Shown in pieces: positions 46,605-56,185 of a stretch of 64,000 nt of DNA. The position numbers and the translations under genes are program-made. Numbering within the stretch: the stretch's first letter is position 1; each line of letters begins with the position of its first letter. This DNA is from Candidatus Parachristensenella avicola. Lineage in GTDB: Bacteria; Bacillota; Clostridia; Christensenellales; UMGS416. Location of the stretch: the NCBI GenBank assembly GCA_904420205.1, contig CAJFUN010000045.1, positions 4,137-68,136 of the forward strand, in the 5' to 3' direction. The notes beneath the pieces were generated by a model. That model had not been told where the DNA came from and searched no databases. It saw only the letters and a list, made by a program, of their open reading frames with translations.

Positions 46605-46875
46605 ATGGGCTGTAATGGATTGTGATCCGGCATGGTGAAAACGCCTGGAACCGAGAGAATCGATTCACCCGGTGGACCAACATGAACCTTACAGAAATGG
46701 TGTCCTCTACGCAGGCCACCCCACGCGGGCCTCCATCCGGCTATGTTTTCTATCCAATGCGTCGATTGATGGCAAATTGCAGCGGGATGCGACAGGATTC
46801 CTCATCCCAACCAGTCCGCGACTTCCATGGAAATCACCGCCTGAAATGTATAAAAGCCTCCGGGAAGGTTGATAC
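46605..46875 (+). pseudogene. relic of a dPGM-type phosphoglycerate mutase / histidine-phosphatase gene (N-terminal part only, frameshifted)
   Basis: AAGGAGG-ATG lies at 46605, but a stop follows after 6 codons. A shifted frame reads IVIRHGENAWNRENRFTRWTNMNLTE, which resembles the GpmA N-terminus ([21 protein letters not shown]). A further frame reads PWKSPPEMYKSLREG, weakly like WRLNERHYGALQG. The similarity then ends. Confidence 0.5.
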
Positions 46876-46913
46876 TACCAGTGCAAAACAACTTTCCGTA
46901 GGAGGCTTTTTGA

Positions 46914-47465
46914 ATGAAAGCTACTGGCATTGTCCGGCGCATTGATGAATTGGGGCGCGTAGTCATTCCCAAGGAGATCCGGCGCACCTTGCGGATCCGC
47001 GAGGGGGATCCGCTGGAAATATATACCGATCGCGAAGGCGAAGTAATTCTCAAAAAATATTCTCCCATCGGCGAGATGGGGGACGTGGCCCGGCAGTTTG
47101 CCGAATCGCTGCACCGCATTGTGGGCCATGTGGCGATCATTACCGACCGCGACGTTGTACTGGCTGCTTCTGGCAACCGCAGCAAGGATTACATTGACAA
47201 AGCTTTAAGCCTGCCGCTGGAGCAGACGATGGCTGACCGCAAAACCCTCCATTTCAATGCAGGCGAAGGCAAAACCATTTCTATGATTGCCTCCGAGGAA
47301 GAAGCCTCTTACGTCTGCCAGGTGGTGGTTCCCATTTTAAGCGAAGGCGAAGTCATCGGTACCGTAGCGCTGGTCGACCGCGAAGCCGGCAGCGCCATGG
47401 GGGACGCAGAGCTGAAGGTGGCCCAGACCGCCGCGAATTATATCGGGAGGCAGATGGAATCCTAG
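46914..47465 (+). CDS. spoVT: stage V sporulation protein T (AbrB-family regulator with GAF-like C-domain)
   Basis: The protein is 183 aa. The N-terminus MKATGIVRRIDELGRVVIPKEIRRTLRIREGDPLEIY is a SpoVT/AbrB swapped hairpin. The RBS is GGAGG. Confidence 0.9.
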   Translation: MKATGIVRRIDELGRVVIPKEIRRTLRIREGDPLEIYTDREGEVILKKYSPIGEMGDVARQFAESLHRIVGHVAIITDRDVVLAASGNRSKDYIDKALSLPLEQTMADRKTLHFNAGEGKTISMIASEEEASYVCQVVVPILSEGEVIGTVALVDREAGSAMGDAELKVAQTAANYIGRQMES

Positions 47466-47510
47466 CGAATACGGCAGCGTGGAAACAAACCGTCATGGAA
47501 ATACAGCAAC

Positions 47511-47553
47511 AAAGAAGCAGCCCGGAATCTACTGATTTCGGGCTGCTTCTTTG
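47511..47553. terminator. bidirectional terminator between spoVT and the P-loop gene
   Basis: An 11-bp stem GAAGCAGCCCG/CGGGCTGCTTC is followed by TTTG. Confidence 0.65.
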
Positions 47554-47580
47554 CTGAAAATCAGGTCGTGCCTCTCGGCG

Positions 47581-48156
47581 CTAGGCTTTCGGCGTCGTGA
47601 ATCCAAAATGCCTACAAATCACCTCTGCAACCTCCCGCGCGGAAAGGTTCGTATTGTCGATTCGTAAATAATACGGTTCGGTTATTTCACCCGGCTTCGA
47701 ATTGAGCCGGTAGCGTTTCGCCGTCTCCAGCAGTTCCTGCTCCGACCAAGCGATATCGCGTTTGGTCGGCTTTTCTTGCAGACGGTGTTCGGTCTTGTTG
47801 CGCTCAAGGCGCGTTTCAATGTCCGCCTCTAGTTCCACATAGTAAACTTGGGCACCCTGCGATGAGAAGAGCGTATGCAGTTTCTTAACATAGGACCAGT
47901 CTTCCGGCGAATCGAAATACCATACAAAGGTAAAAATAAGGCCCTCTAGTTCGCTTTGCGCAACCGCTTCAAAGATGGACCAGCGAAAAAGATTTACGAG
48001 TCGATTGCCCTCTTGCGTCCCATAGCTGAAGAAGTTTGACACAAGTTCTATGGTCATATGATTATGAAACAGCTTAAGACCCGTCATCCGGGCTAGCTCT
48101 TCGCCCACGGTCATCTTCCCCACCGCCTGGGGTCCGAAAAGCAGCACGAGTTTCAT
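47581..48156 (-). CDS. P-loop kinase-like protein (AAA/shikimate-kinase-like fold), function unknown
   Basis: The protein is 191 aa. The N-terminus MKLVLLFGPQAVGKMTVG is a Walker A motif at the extreme end. Confidence 0.6.
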   Translation of the reverse strand: MKLVLLFGPQAVGKMTVGEELARMTGLKLFHNHMTIELVSNFFSYGTQEGNRLVNLFRWSIFEAVAQSELEGLIFTFVWYFDSPEDWSYVKKLHTLFSSQGAQVYYVELEADIETRLERNKTEHRLQEKPTKRDIAWSEQELLETAKRYRLNSKPGEITEPYYLRIDNTNLSAREVAEVICRHFGFTTPKA

Positions 48157-48189
48157 GGCTTTGCCTCCATAAAATGGTCATCTTAAGGA

Positions 48190-48224
48190 TATAAATAAGG
48201 GCTTCGGTTATCCAAAGCCCTTAT
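48190..48224 (-). terminator. intrinsic terminator after the NCS2 permease
   Basis: A 9-bp stem TAAGGGCTT/AAGCCCTTA is followed on the minus strand by TTTATAT, a weak T tract. Confidence 0.45.
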
Positions 48225-48239
48225 GCGCAAACCTAGACG

Positions 48240-49595
48240 TCAGATCAACGCCAACAAAACAAAGTTCAAGATAAACAAAGCGGTCGCAATCCAGAGGATA
48301 GGATGTACATCCTTGGCCTGCTTCTTCGTAACTTTGACCAAGCAATAGAAGATAAAGCCAGCGGCAATACCATAGCTAATCGAATAACAAAGCGACATAA
48401 AGATGCCCGCGAAAAATGCCGGAATCGCTTCGGACAGCTCCGTCCATTCAATTTCTTTAAAGGACGAAATCATCATGCAACCGACTGCAATCAGCGCCGG
48501 CGCGGTAGCCGCATAAGGAATTGCACTCACAAAGCTAGCCAAGAATGCGCTGAGGGCGAAACAAATGGCCACAACTACGCTGGTCAAGCCCGTACGTCCC
48601 CCTACGCCAATGCCAGAGGCACTTTCCACATAAGTTGTGGTGTTTGACGTACCCAAAATTGCGCCAATGGATGTCGCGGTAGCATCTGCAAACAGCGCTT
48701 TATCCATCTTCGATTTAAAGCCCGCGCTGGTCTCCATGGCCTTTTCATCAGCTTCGCTGAAGATGCCGCTGCGCCGGCCGGTTCCAATAAAGGTGCCAAT
48801 CGTATCGAAGGTATCGGAGAGGCTGAAGGAGAAAATCGTAATAAGCACCAAAGGCAGTTTCGTGATGTCAGAGAACAGCGAACCAAGGCCCTCTGCTGTA
48901 AAAATGACGCCGAACGTGCTGGGCAGCGCCTTACACGCTTCCGTAAAGCTCACGGTATCGCCCACTTTGGTTACACCAAAGGGAATGCCAATCAGCGTTG
49001 TAGCAATGATCGCGATGAGCACCGCGCCTTTTACCTTAAGGATCAGCAACGCGAAGGTCAATACTACGCCGATCAGGAAAACCCAGAACGCAGGCTGGTT
49101 CAGCGTATCCATAGCCGGAACGCCCGATTCGAAATTAATGATACCAACGTTCAGCAGCCCAATGTAAGCGATAAAAATACCAATGCCGCCGCCAATAGCG
49201 TTTTGCAGGCTTTGGGGAATCGCTTTGATGATATACTTACGAATTTTTGTGACGGTAATAAAGATGTTAATCAGGCCGCAAATAAAGACCATCGACAGCG
49301 CCTGCTGCCACGTGAATTTAAGGGCAAAGCATACCGTGTACACAAAAAACGCATTTAATCCCATGCCGGGAGCCTGGGCATAAGGCACGTTGGCAACCAA
49401 TCCCATAATCAGCGTACCAACAATCGACGATATAATGGTCGCAAGAAACACCGCGCCCCATTCCATACCGGCCTGCGACAGGATGCTCGGATTGACCGCG
49501 ATGATATAGGCCATTGTAAAGAATGTCGTGATGCCTGCGATGATCTCAGTTGAGACCTTTGTACCGTTCTGTTTGAGCTTAAATAACTTTTCCAT
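48240..49595 (-). CDS. NCS2/AzgA-family purine (adenine/guanine/hypoxanthine) permease
   Basis: The protein is 451 aa. The N-terminus MEKLFKLKQNGTKVSTEIIAGITTFFTMAYIIAVNP is typical of PbuG/AzgA-type permeases. Confidence 0.85.
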   Translation of the reverse strand: MEKLFKLKQNGTKVSTEIIAGITTFFTMAYIIAVNPSILSQAGMEWGAVFLATIISSIVGTLIMGLVANVPYAQAPGMGLNAFFVYTVCFALKFTWQQALSMVFICGLINIFITVTKIRKYIIKAIPQSLQNAIGGGIGIFIAYIGLLNVGIINFESGVPAMDTLNQPAFWVFLIGVVLTFALLILKVKGAVLIAIIATTLIGIPFGVTKVGDTVSFTEACKALPSTFGVIFTAEGLGSLFSDITKLPLVLITIFSFSLSDTFDTIGTFIGTGRRSGIFSEADEKAMETSAGFKSKMDKALFADATATSIGAILGTSNTTTYVESASGIGVGGRTGLTSVVVAICFALSAFLASFVSAIPYAATAPALIAVGCMMISSFKEIEWTELSEAIPAFFAGIFMSLCYSISYGIAAGFIFYCLVKVTKKQAKDVHPILWIATALFILNFVLLALI

Positions 49596-49661
49596 GGTAC
49601 TTCCTTTCCTCTTTCCTCCGGTTTTCCTTCCTTCGCCTTATCAAAATGAAAAGACTTTTTT

Positions 49662-49690
49662 ATTATAGTGCATATGCTTTCCCATTTCAA
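49662..49690 (-). promoter_or_regulatory. promoter of the purine permease
   Basis: TTGAAA-N17-TATAAT on the minus strand. It is followed by a purine-rich leader of about 65 nt (AAGGCGAAGGAAGGAAAACCGGAGGAAAGAGGAAAGGAAG). Confidence 0.6.
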
Positions 49691-49970
49691 TATAAAAAAG
49701 TGATAATTTGACATTTATCGCGACCCTTCAGCGACTGCTAAGATGGAATGTTCGGAAAATATGCCGCTATGGAACCTTATCGCCCCATGTCATCCGTCCA
49801 CGGCAACACATTCCACACCACTTTACGGACATTCTCTCGACGTGCGTTGGGATCGCTTGAAGGCGCTCCGCCGCCCGCCATGCTTGCTTTTTCCGTCGGC
49901 CATCCATTTGGTCCATATGAAAACAGGGCTTTGGAACTAGCGTTTCCAAAGCCCTGTTATACATATGTAG

Positions 49971-51137
49971 TTAATCCAGCAGGCCGCTATGCGCCATGGT
50001 TTCAACCGCCTGCAAAATCGCCGCTTCCTCCTGAACCAAAGCCATGCGCACGTAGCCCTCCCCGGATGGGCCAAAGGCCGAGCCCGGCGTAACCAGCACG
50101 CCGCAGCGGTTTAGCAGCTCTAAGCAGAAAGCCCGCGAATCTGAATATCCGGCGGGCAGCGGCGCCCAGAGAAACATGGTCGCTTTGGGCATATCGACCG
50201 TCCATCCAATCCGGTTCAGCCCGCTTGTCAGCACTCGCGCCCGCTGCTCATAAGCCCGTCGGGTCTGTTCCACGCAGCTTTGGTCTCCGGTAATGGCCGC
50301 AATGGCCGCCGCCTGGATGGGCAGGAACATCCCGTAATCGATATTGCTCTTGAGCTGAACCAGCTTCTCCACCACCTGGGCGTTACCCACGCAAAAGCCT
50401 ACCCTCGCCCCGGCCATGCCGTATGTTTTGGATAGGGAGTTAAACTCCACGCCCACCTCTTTAGCACCAGGATATGCCAGAAAACTGCCGCAGCGCAAGC
50501 CATTGAATGCCAGCTCGCTGTAAGCGTTGTCGTGCAGCACAATGATTTCATTTCGCTGCGCAAATTCAATGAGGGCTTTGTAGAACGCCGGCGTCGCCAC
50601 CGCCGTAGTCGGATTATTGGGATAGGATACCACCATCAGCCGCGCTGCCCGGGCGATATCCTTGGGGATCTCATCAAAATCGATGAGATACCCGTTCTCC
50701 TTGCGCTGAGGCATATAGGCAAGCTTGGCCCCTGCCAGGGCGGGGCCGTCCCCAAAGATCGGATAGCAGGGATCCGGCACCAGCACCACATCCCCCTCAT
50801 CCACAATGGACAGCGCAATATGGGCCAGTCCCTCCTGGGAGCCCATCAACGAGGCCACCTCCCGCTGAGGATCCAGGGCAACCCCGTAGCGCCTCTGATA
50901 CCAGCCTGCCACCGCTTCCTTTAGCCCGTCCGTATCCTGGATAGCATAAACATAGCTTTTCGGGTCGGCCGCCGCCTTGCACAGCGCGTCAATAATATGT
51001 TGAGCCGGGGGGATATTGGGCGTGCCCACGCTCAGATCAATGACTTGGCGCCCATCCTGCTGCAGCCTGCGCTTTTCCGCCAGAAGCGACGCAAAAATGC
51101 CCTGGCCAAACCGGTCCATCCGTCTTGAAAATTCCAA
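49971..51137 (-). CDS. class I/II PLP-dependent aminotransferase
   Basis: The track ORF is 49971..51167 (GTG start). AAGGAGGAGG lies inside it, 8 nt before TTG 51137, which I take as the start (388 aa, MEFSRRMDRFGQGIF). The PLP-lysine motif is SLSKTYGMAGARVGF. Confidence 0.8.
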   Translation of the reverse strand: MEFSRRMDRFGQGIFASLLAEKRRLQQDGRQVIDLSVGTPNIPPAQHIIDALCKAAADPKSYVYAIQDTDGLKEAVAGWYQRRYGVALDPQREVASLMGSQEGLAHIALSIVDEGDVVLVPDPCYPIFGDGPALAGAKLAYMPQRKENGYLIDFDEIPKDIARAARLMVVSYPNNPTTAVATPAFYKALIEFAQRNEIIVLHDNAYSELAFNGLRCGSFLAYPGAKEVGVEFNSLSKTYGMAGARVGFCVGNAQVVEKLVQLKSNIDYGMFLPIQAAAIAAITGDQSCVEQTRRAYEQRARVLTSGLNRIGWTVDMPKATMFLWAPLPAGYSDSRAFCLELLNRCGVLVTPGSAFGPSGEGYVRMALVQEEAAILQAVETMAHSGLLD

Positions 51138-51175
51138 GGGTTCCACCTCCTCCTTTTGCGAAACCACTCTATACG

Positions 51176-52123
51176 CTATTGCGCCTTAAGCCCCCGCGTT
51201 TCCTCGACGCCCAGCGCGAGGTTCATGCACTGCACCGCCGCGCCCGAGGCGCCTTTTCCCAGATTATCCAATCGGGACACAATCAGCACATGCTCCTCAT
51301 TCCCGAAGACGAAAAGATCCATCCGGTTCGTCCCGTTGCATGCTTGCGCATCCATAAAGCCGCCGTCCAGCCCGTCGGTCCCGGCTTCCATCACCCGGAT
51401 GAACGGCTCTCCGGCATAATGCTCGGCCAACAAGGCCCGCACTCCGTCAGCATCCATGTCCCGGGCCATAAGCTGCCGGGGAAGCGGGATGGATACCGTC
51501 ATGCCCTGATAAAATCCCGCCACGGTAGGAATAAAAAGGGGCTTATGCGTCAGCCCGGTAACTGCCGCCATCTCCGGCAAATGTTTATGGGCCAGCGTCA
51601 AGCCATAAGCTCTGGGCGCATCCAGCTTCGCCGCCCGGGGCTGGGCTTCGTACTGGGCAATCATCTTCTTTCCCCCGCCGCTATAGCCGGAGAGCGCATT
51701 CACCGTCAACGGGCAGTCCGGGGCAATGACACCCGACTGCACCAATGGATAAACCGGCACGATAAAGCCCGAAGCATAGCAGCCGGGATTGGCAATTCTT
51801 TTCGCGCGCTGAAGGGATGCCCGGTGGGCCGGCGACAATTCCGGAATACCATAAGCCCAACCGGCAGCGGTGCGGTGCGCCGTTGACGCGTCGATGATAA
51901 CCGTGTCCGGATTCTCACACAGCTGCACTGCTTCCCGTGCTGCTGCGTCAGGCAGGCAGAGGAAAGCCACGTCAGCCTGATTGATGCAGTCCGCCCGGGC
52001 GGCCGGATCTTTACGCCGCTCCGGATCGATCTGAATCAGGGTAAGCTCGGGCCTCTCCTTCAGGCGTTCAAATATTTTCAGGCCCGTCGTTCCCTCCTGC
52101 CCGTCCACAAAAATCTTTGCCAT
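51176..52123 (-). CDS. argC: N-acetyl-gamma-glutamyl-phosphate reductase (short, type-2 ArgC)
   Basis: The protein is 315 aa. Motifs are MAKIFVDGQEGTTGLKI, the catalytic Cys in ANPGCYASG, and a C-terminal DNLGKGASGAAVQ. Confidence 0.85.
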   Translation of the reverse strand: MAKIFVDGQEGTTGLKIFERLKERPELTLIQIDPERRKDPAARADCINQADVAFLCLPDAAAREAVQLCENPDTVIIDASTAHRTAAGWAYGIPELSPAHRASLQRAKRIANPGCYASGFIVPVYPLVQSGVIAPDCPLTVNALSGYSGGGKKMIAQYEAQPRAAKLDAPRAYGLTLAHKHLPEMAAVTGLTHKPLFIPTVAGFYQGMTVSIPLPRQLMARDMDADGVRALLAEHYAGEPFIRVMEAGTDGLDGGFMDAQACNGTNRMDLFVFGNEEHVLIVSRLDNLGKGASGAAVQCMNLALGVEETRGLKAQ

Positions 52124-52135
52124 ATTCGCATCTCC

Positions 52136-52705
52136 TTATCGGCTGCTGGGCTTCTTGCGAGCCCGCTTGGCATCGTTGCGCGCGATGATAATCTTGGTGC
52201 GCAGCCGCAGCTCCCTTCCATTGATATAGGCCAAGGCGGATACCAGCGTTGAGAATGCCGCGCCGCCTAAACAAATCCATATCCAAGCCTGCGGCCAGGT
52301 GTCCATCAGGCGCTTGAACATATAATACCAGCCGGTAACCGCCAGGCGAAGGATACGCCCCGCCCCCTCCGCCGGTAGAAGCGTGCTGACCAAAGCCAGC
52401 ACTATCGCAGGGATCTGGCTGAGCAGCCCCGCTACCGCTCCCTTGCCGGCATAAAACCAGCGCGGCTCCTGGGAAGCTTGCTTTTCCAGGATCTCGTCAT
52501 GCATATAATCGCGTACGCCTTCATTGGTGGAGGGAATCCACAGTAGGATCGCCAAGACCGCCACAATGCACACCGTCATAAACCATTGGAATACGGCATT
52601 TGAACTCCAAAGGGCGCCATAAACCGGGACAAGGAACAGGCTCGCCACCATCGCTCCTCCGTGCAGCCCAAATAGCTTTAGAGCAAAGTTCAACGTCCTT
52701 TTCAT
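52136..52705 (-). CDS. hypothetical integral membrane protein
   Basis: The protein is 189 aa with about 5 TM helices and a basic C-terminal tail. I see no recognisable motif. It is tightly packed between the MTHFS gene and argC. Confidence 0.55.
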   Translation of the reverse strand: MKRTLNFALKLFGLHGGAMVASLFLVPVYGALWSSNAVFQWFMTVCIVAVLAILLWIPSTNEGVRDYMHDEILEKQASQEPRWFYAGKGAVAGLLSQIPAIVLALVSTLLPAEGAGRILRLAVTGWYYMFKRLMDTWPQAWIWICLGGAAFSTLVSALAYINGRELRLRTKIIIARNDAKRARKKPSSR

Positions 52706-52706
52706 T

Positions 52707-53270
52707 TTACTCCCCCAATCGTATTATCTGGGTTGGTGTAATCATCCATCTTGCAATGGCATCATGCCCCTCCCGGGGCAATCGATCGCAGAGCTGCTGA
52801 TCAAAACCGATAAGCGCCGAGCAGGACAGGCGCGGCATCAGCCGGTCGTAATACCCGCCGCCGTTTCCCAGGCGGACGCCATGCCGATCCATCGCGACCA
52901 CCGGCACCAGCGCAAGGTCAACATCCTCCGGCCGCAGGCATTCTCCATCCCCGCTAGGCTCCGGAATGCCCCAAGCGCCTGGAGAAAGCGCCGCCCATTC
53001 TCTCACCCGGCACAGCCGTAGCCCGCGCGGATTTTCCTCGCATTTGGGCAAGAGCACCGATTTATCCTGCTGCCAACCCGCTTCGATCAGGGGGCGCACG
53101 TCCAGCTCTGCGCGAACAGGAACGTACAGCAGCACGCTGTCAGATCTGCGCCACAAATCGCTCTCCAGCACCTTGCGGCAGGCCTGCTCCGAGAGAGCTG
53201 CTCGTGTTTTAGGCGGTATTTCACTGCGCAGCGCACGAAAACGTTTCCTTAGCGCTTGCTTATGCATCAT
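52707..53270 (-). CDS. 5-formyltetrahydrofolate cyclo-ligase
   Basis: The track ORF is 52707..53288. The likely start is ATG 53270, giving 187 aa. Motifs are LLYVPVRAELD and GNGGGYYDR. Confidence 0.8.
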   Translation of the reverse strand: MMHKQALRKRFRALRSEIPPKTRAALSEQACRKVLESDLWRRSDSVLLYVPVRAELDVRPLIEAGWQQDKSVLLPKCEENPRGLRLCRVREWAALSPGAWGIPEPSGDGECLRPEDVDLALVPVVAMDRHGVRLGNGGGYYDRLMPRLSCSALIGFDQQLCDRLPREGHDAIARWMITPTQIIRLGE

Positions 53271-54363
53271 GGAAGCGGCGCTCCACACGGGCTCCGATCC
53301 CCGTCATAACCTCATAATGGATCGTATGATCCCGTTCGGCCAGTTCTTGAGCCGTGATTTCGGATTCTCCCTGCCGGCCCAGCAATACTACTTCGTCTCC
53401 GGGCGCTACGCCCTCCACTTCCGTTACATCGGCCATGCATTGATCCATACAAACGCGCCCCACAATCGGCACGCGCTTTCCATGGATCAGCACATCTCCC
53501 GTTGCAAAGCTGCGGCGGTATCCGTCAGCATATCCTACGGCCAGCGTGGCAATGCGCCGGCGTGCCGGCGCCGTATAGGTCGCGCCATAGCCTACCTTTT
53601 CTCCCGCCTCCAACGTTTTAACATAGCTTACGCGGGTTTTCCACTGCGCAACCGGGCGAAGGCCCATATCTTCCGTCAGGGGACTGAGGCCATAAAGTCC
53701 AATGCCCAATCGCACGGCATCGTAGGCCGGAACAATACCGTTCAAGCCGGCCGCCGTATTGCGCAGATGGGCCATGGGCGAAAACCCCGCCGCCCGCGCC
53801 TGGGACAGCGCCTGTTCAAAGCGCCGAGCCTGCGCAGCCGTTAGCCCCTCGCGGTCCTCATCCGCCACGGCAAGGTGGCTGAAAATGCCTGTCATGGTCA
53901 CATTGGGACAGCGCCGAAGCGCGTCCAGCACCCTCTGAAGCTCCGCACCCGGCCGCGCGCCGATCCGGTTCATCCCTGTTTCTACCTTTACGTGGACGCG
54001 GCCACCGCCAGCGGCTGCGATACGCTCCACCTGCTCCGCCGTAAAAACGGCCAGCGTCGGCCGAATCCGCATCGCCGCAGGAAGCTCGTCGCCAAAAGGC
54101 GGCGCGCCCAGCACCAGAATTTCCCCCTGATCGCCGCCGTCACGCAGGCGCTCTACCTCATGCAGATTCGCTACGGCCAGTATCTTAACTCCCTCGGCCC
54201 GCGCCTTGGCCGCAATAGGTAAGACGCCGTGACCATAGGCGTCGGCCTTGACCACGGCGATAATGTCAGTACCTTCCGGCTCCATCGCCCGAACCCTTTG
54301 AATGTTGTGGGCGATGGCCGATAAATCGACGTCCAACCAACTGGGACAGAACAAATTTCTCAT
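53260..54363 (-). CDS. alr: alanine racemase
   Basis: The track ORF is 53260..54456. I start the gene at ATG 54363 (AGGAG RBS), giving 367 aa. The PLP-lysine motif is AVVKADAYGHG. A later motif is GYADGYRR. Confidence 0.9.
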   Translation of the reverse strand: MRNLFCPSWLDVDLSAIAHNIQRVRAMEPEGTDIIAVVKADAYGHGVLPIAAKARAEGVKILAVANLHEVERLRDGGDQGEILVLGAPPFGDELPAAMRIRPTLAVFTAEQVERIAAAGGGRVHVKVETGMNRIGARPGAELQRVLDALRRCPNVTMTGIFSHLAVADEDREGLTAAQARRFEQALSQARAAGFSPMAHLRNTAAGLNGIVPAYDAVRLGIGLYGLSPLTEDMGLRPVAQWKTRVSYVKTLEAGEKVGYGATYTAPARRRIATLAVGYADGYRRSFATGDVLIHGKRVPIVGRVCMDQCMADVTEVEGVAPGDEVVLLGRQGESEITAQELAERDHTIHYEVMTGIGARVERRFHDA

Positions 54364-54373
54364 CTCCTGCCTT

Positions 54374-54802
54374 TTACAGCGCAATGATCTCCGGCTGATC
54401 CAGCATCTGAATACCAGCCTCATGCAGCACCCTGGCCGCCTCGGACACCCGGTCAACCTTAAAGAGAATCAGCGCGTTCCCCTGAGCCTTACGCACAAAG
54501 GAATACAGATATTCCACGTTGACGTGCGCATCATTCAAAAGGCCCAACACGCCGGCCAGGCCTCCAGGGCTATCTGGCACCAGCACGGCCAGCACCTCGG
54601 TGGTGTTCACCGTGTAGCCGGCCTCTTTGAGCACGGCCATGGCCTTATCCGTGTCGTCCACGATGGCTCGGAGTATACCGAAGCTTGTCGTATCCGCGAT
54701 GGAAAGCGCCAGAAGATCGATGCCGGCGTCGCCCAGCGCGCGGGTCATGCTGGCCAAACGCCCTTTGCTGTTCTCCAGGAAAACGGATAGCTGTTTTACC
54801 AT
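54374..54802 (-). CDS. tandem ACT-domain protein
   Basis: The protein is 142 aa. It has two ACT-like halves, starting at QLSVFLENSKGRLASMTRAL and VLAVLVPDSPGGLAGVLGLL. It is the last gene of the paaK/ior operon. Confidence 0.8.
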   Translation of the reverse strand: MVKQLSVFLENSKGRLASMTRALGDAGIDLLALSIADTTSFGILRAIVDDTDKAMAVLKEAGYTVNTTEVLAVLVPDSPGGLAGVLGLLNDAHVNVEYLYSFVRKAQGNALILFKVDRVSEAARVLHEAGIQMLDQPEIIAL

Positions 54803-54865
54803 GGTAATCCCTCCTAGCGATGATAATTCATTATACCATAACCTCTGCCCGGCGCAAAGGGCCCC

Positions 54866-56179
54866 TTACCTTTTCCGCAGGTCCTTCACGCGCTTGCTTT
54901 TTCCTTCAAAGCGGGGCAGACTTTTGGGTTCGCATAGTTTCAGTTTAAAGGAAATCCCGATGATGTTCTCAATCTCCTTGCGGATTCGGTTTTCCACCGC
55001 CTCCACCTGACGCATTTCATCGGAGAACATGGCGTCGCTCATCTCCACCTCAACCTGCATCTGATCCAAATTGTTGATGCGATCCACCGTGATCATATAG
55101 TTGGGTTCCATACCCAAGTTCAGCAGCGCGCTCTCGATCTGCGTGGGGAATACGTTCACGCCGCGGATAATCAGCATATCGTCGGTGCGGCCTAAGATAC
55201 GGGACATGCGCACCGTGGTGCGTCCGCACACACAGGTGCCACGGGTCAGCGAGCAAAGATCCCGGGTGCGGTAGCGCAAAAGCGGCACGCCTTCCTTTGA
55301 AATGGTGCTGAACACCAGCTCGCCAACCTGGCCGTCTGGCAGGGGCTTCAGAGTATCCGGATCGATAATCTCCGGGTAGAAATGATCCTCCTGCACATGC
55401 ATGCCCACGCCTTCCAGGCACTGCATGGATACCGAGGGGCCCGTCACCTCCGTCAGGCCGTAAATGTCCCGCGCCTTAATGTTCAGGCGCTTTTCCAGCT
55501 CGGCGCGCATGTCCTCGCTCCACGCTTCGGCCCCGAATAGTCCCACCCGCAGCTTGAACTCTTCCAGGCTGTAGGGGCTGGCCTCGATAGCTTCCGCCAG
55601 GTAGAGCGCATAGCTGGGCGTGCAACAAAGATGGGTCGTCCCCATATCATGCATGAGCTGCACCTGCCGGTGGGTATTGCCGCCGGAAGTGGGGATTACC
55701 AATGCGCCGATCCGCTGTGCCCCGTCATGGGCGCCAAGGCCGCCGGTGAAAAGCCCATATCCATAGGAAACCTGCACCACGCTGGTCTGATCGGCGCCTA
55801 CGGAGGTCAGCGCCCGGGCCATGCACTCCTGCCATACGTCCAGATCCTTATGGGTATATCCCATAATAACCGGATTCCCCGTGGTGCCCGAAGTGGAGTG
55901 AATGCGAACCATATCCGCCTGATCCGCAGCAAAGTACCCCTTAGGATAATGATCCCGCAGATCCTGTTTTGTATTAAAGGGCAATAGGGCGATATCTTCC
56001 AGGGTTTGAATATCCTCCGGCTTTACGCCAGCTGCGTCCATCTTCGCGCGATAGGGCGCCTGCAGCGCATAGCAACGGGCGACCGTCATCTTCAGCCGGT
56101 TCAGCTGAAGCTGCCTTCTTTGCTCCGGATCCATGCATTCGTGAATCGGATCCCAAATACGGTTTTCCATAGCACTCAT
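54866..56179 (-). CDS. paaK: phenylacetate--CoA ligase family enzyme (paralog 1)
   Basis: The protein is 437 aa. The AMP-binding motif is HSTSGTTGNPV. Other motifs are IYGLTEV and the C-terminal RFEGKSKRVKDLR. Confidence 0.85.
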   Translation of the reverse strand: MSAMENRIWDPIHECMDPEQRRQLQLNRLKMTVARCYALQAPYRAKMDAAGVKPEDIQTLEDIALLPFNTKQDLRDHYPKGYFAADQADMVRIHSTSGTTGNPVIMGYTHKDLDVWQECMARALTSVGADQTSVVQVSYGYGLFTGGLGAHDGAQRIGALVIPTSGGNTHRQVQLMHDMGTTHLCCTPSYALYLAEAIEASPYSLEEFKLRVGLFGAEAWSEDMRAELEKRLNIKARDIYGLTEVTGPSVSMQCLEGVGMHVQEDHFYPEIIDPDTLKPLPDGQVGELVFSTISKEGVPLLRYRTRDLCSLTRGTCVCGRTTVRMSRILGRTDDMLIIRGVNVFPTQIESALLNLGMEPNYMITVDRINNLDQMQVEVEMSDAMFSDEMRQVEAVENRIRKEIENIIGISFKLKLCEPKSLPRFEGKSKRVKDLRKR

Positions 56180-56185
56180 CCTCTC

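Noticed and set aside
49596-49760. Purine riboswitch upstream of the NCS2/AzgA purine permease
   Set aside because: I looked for the conserved UAUA..UGG..CUACC..CCG core and a three-way junction. I found only a consensus promoter followed by an unstructured, purine-rich leader of about 65 nt.
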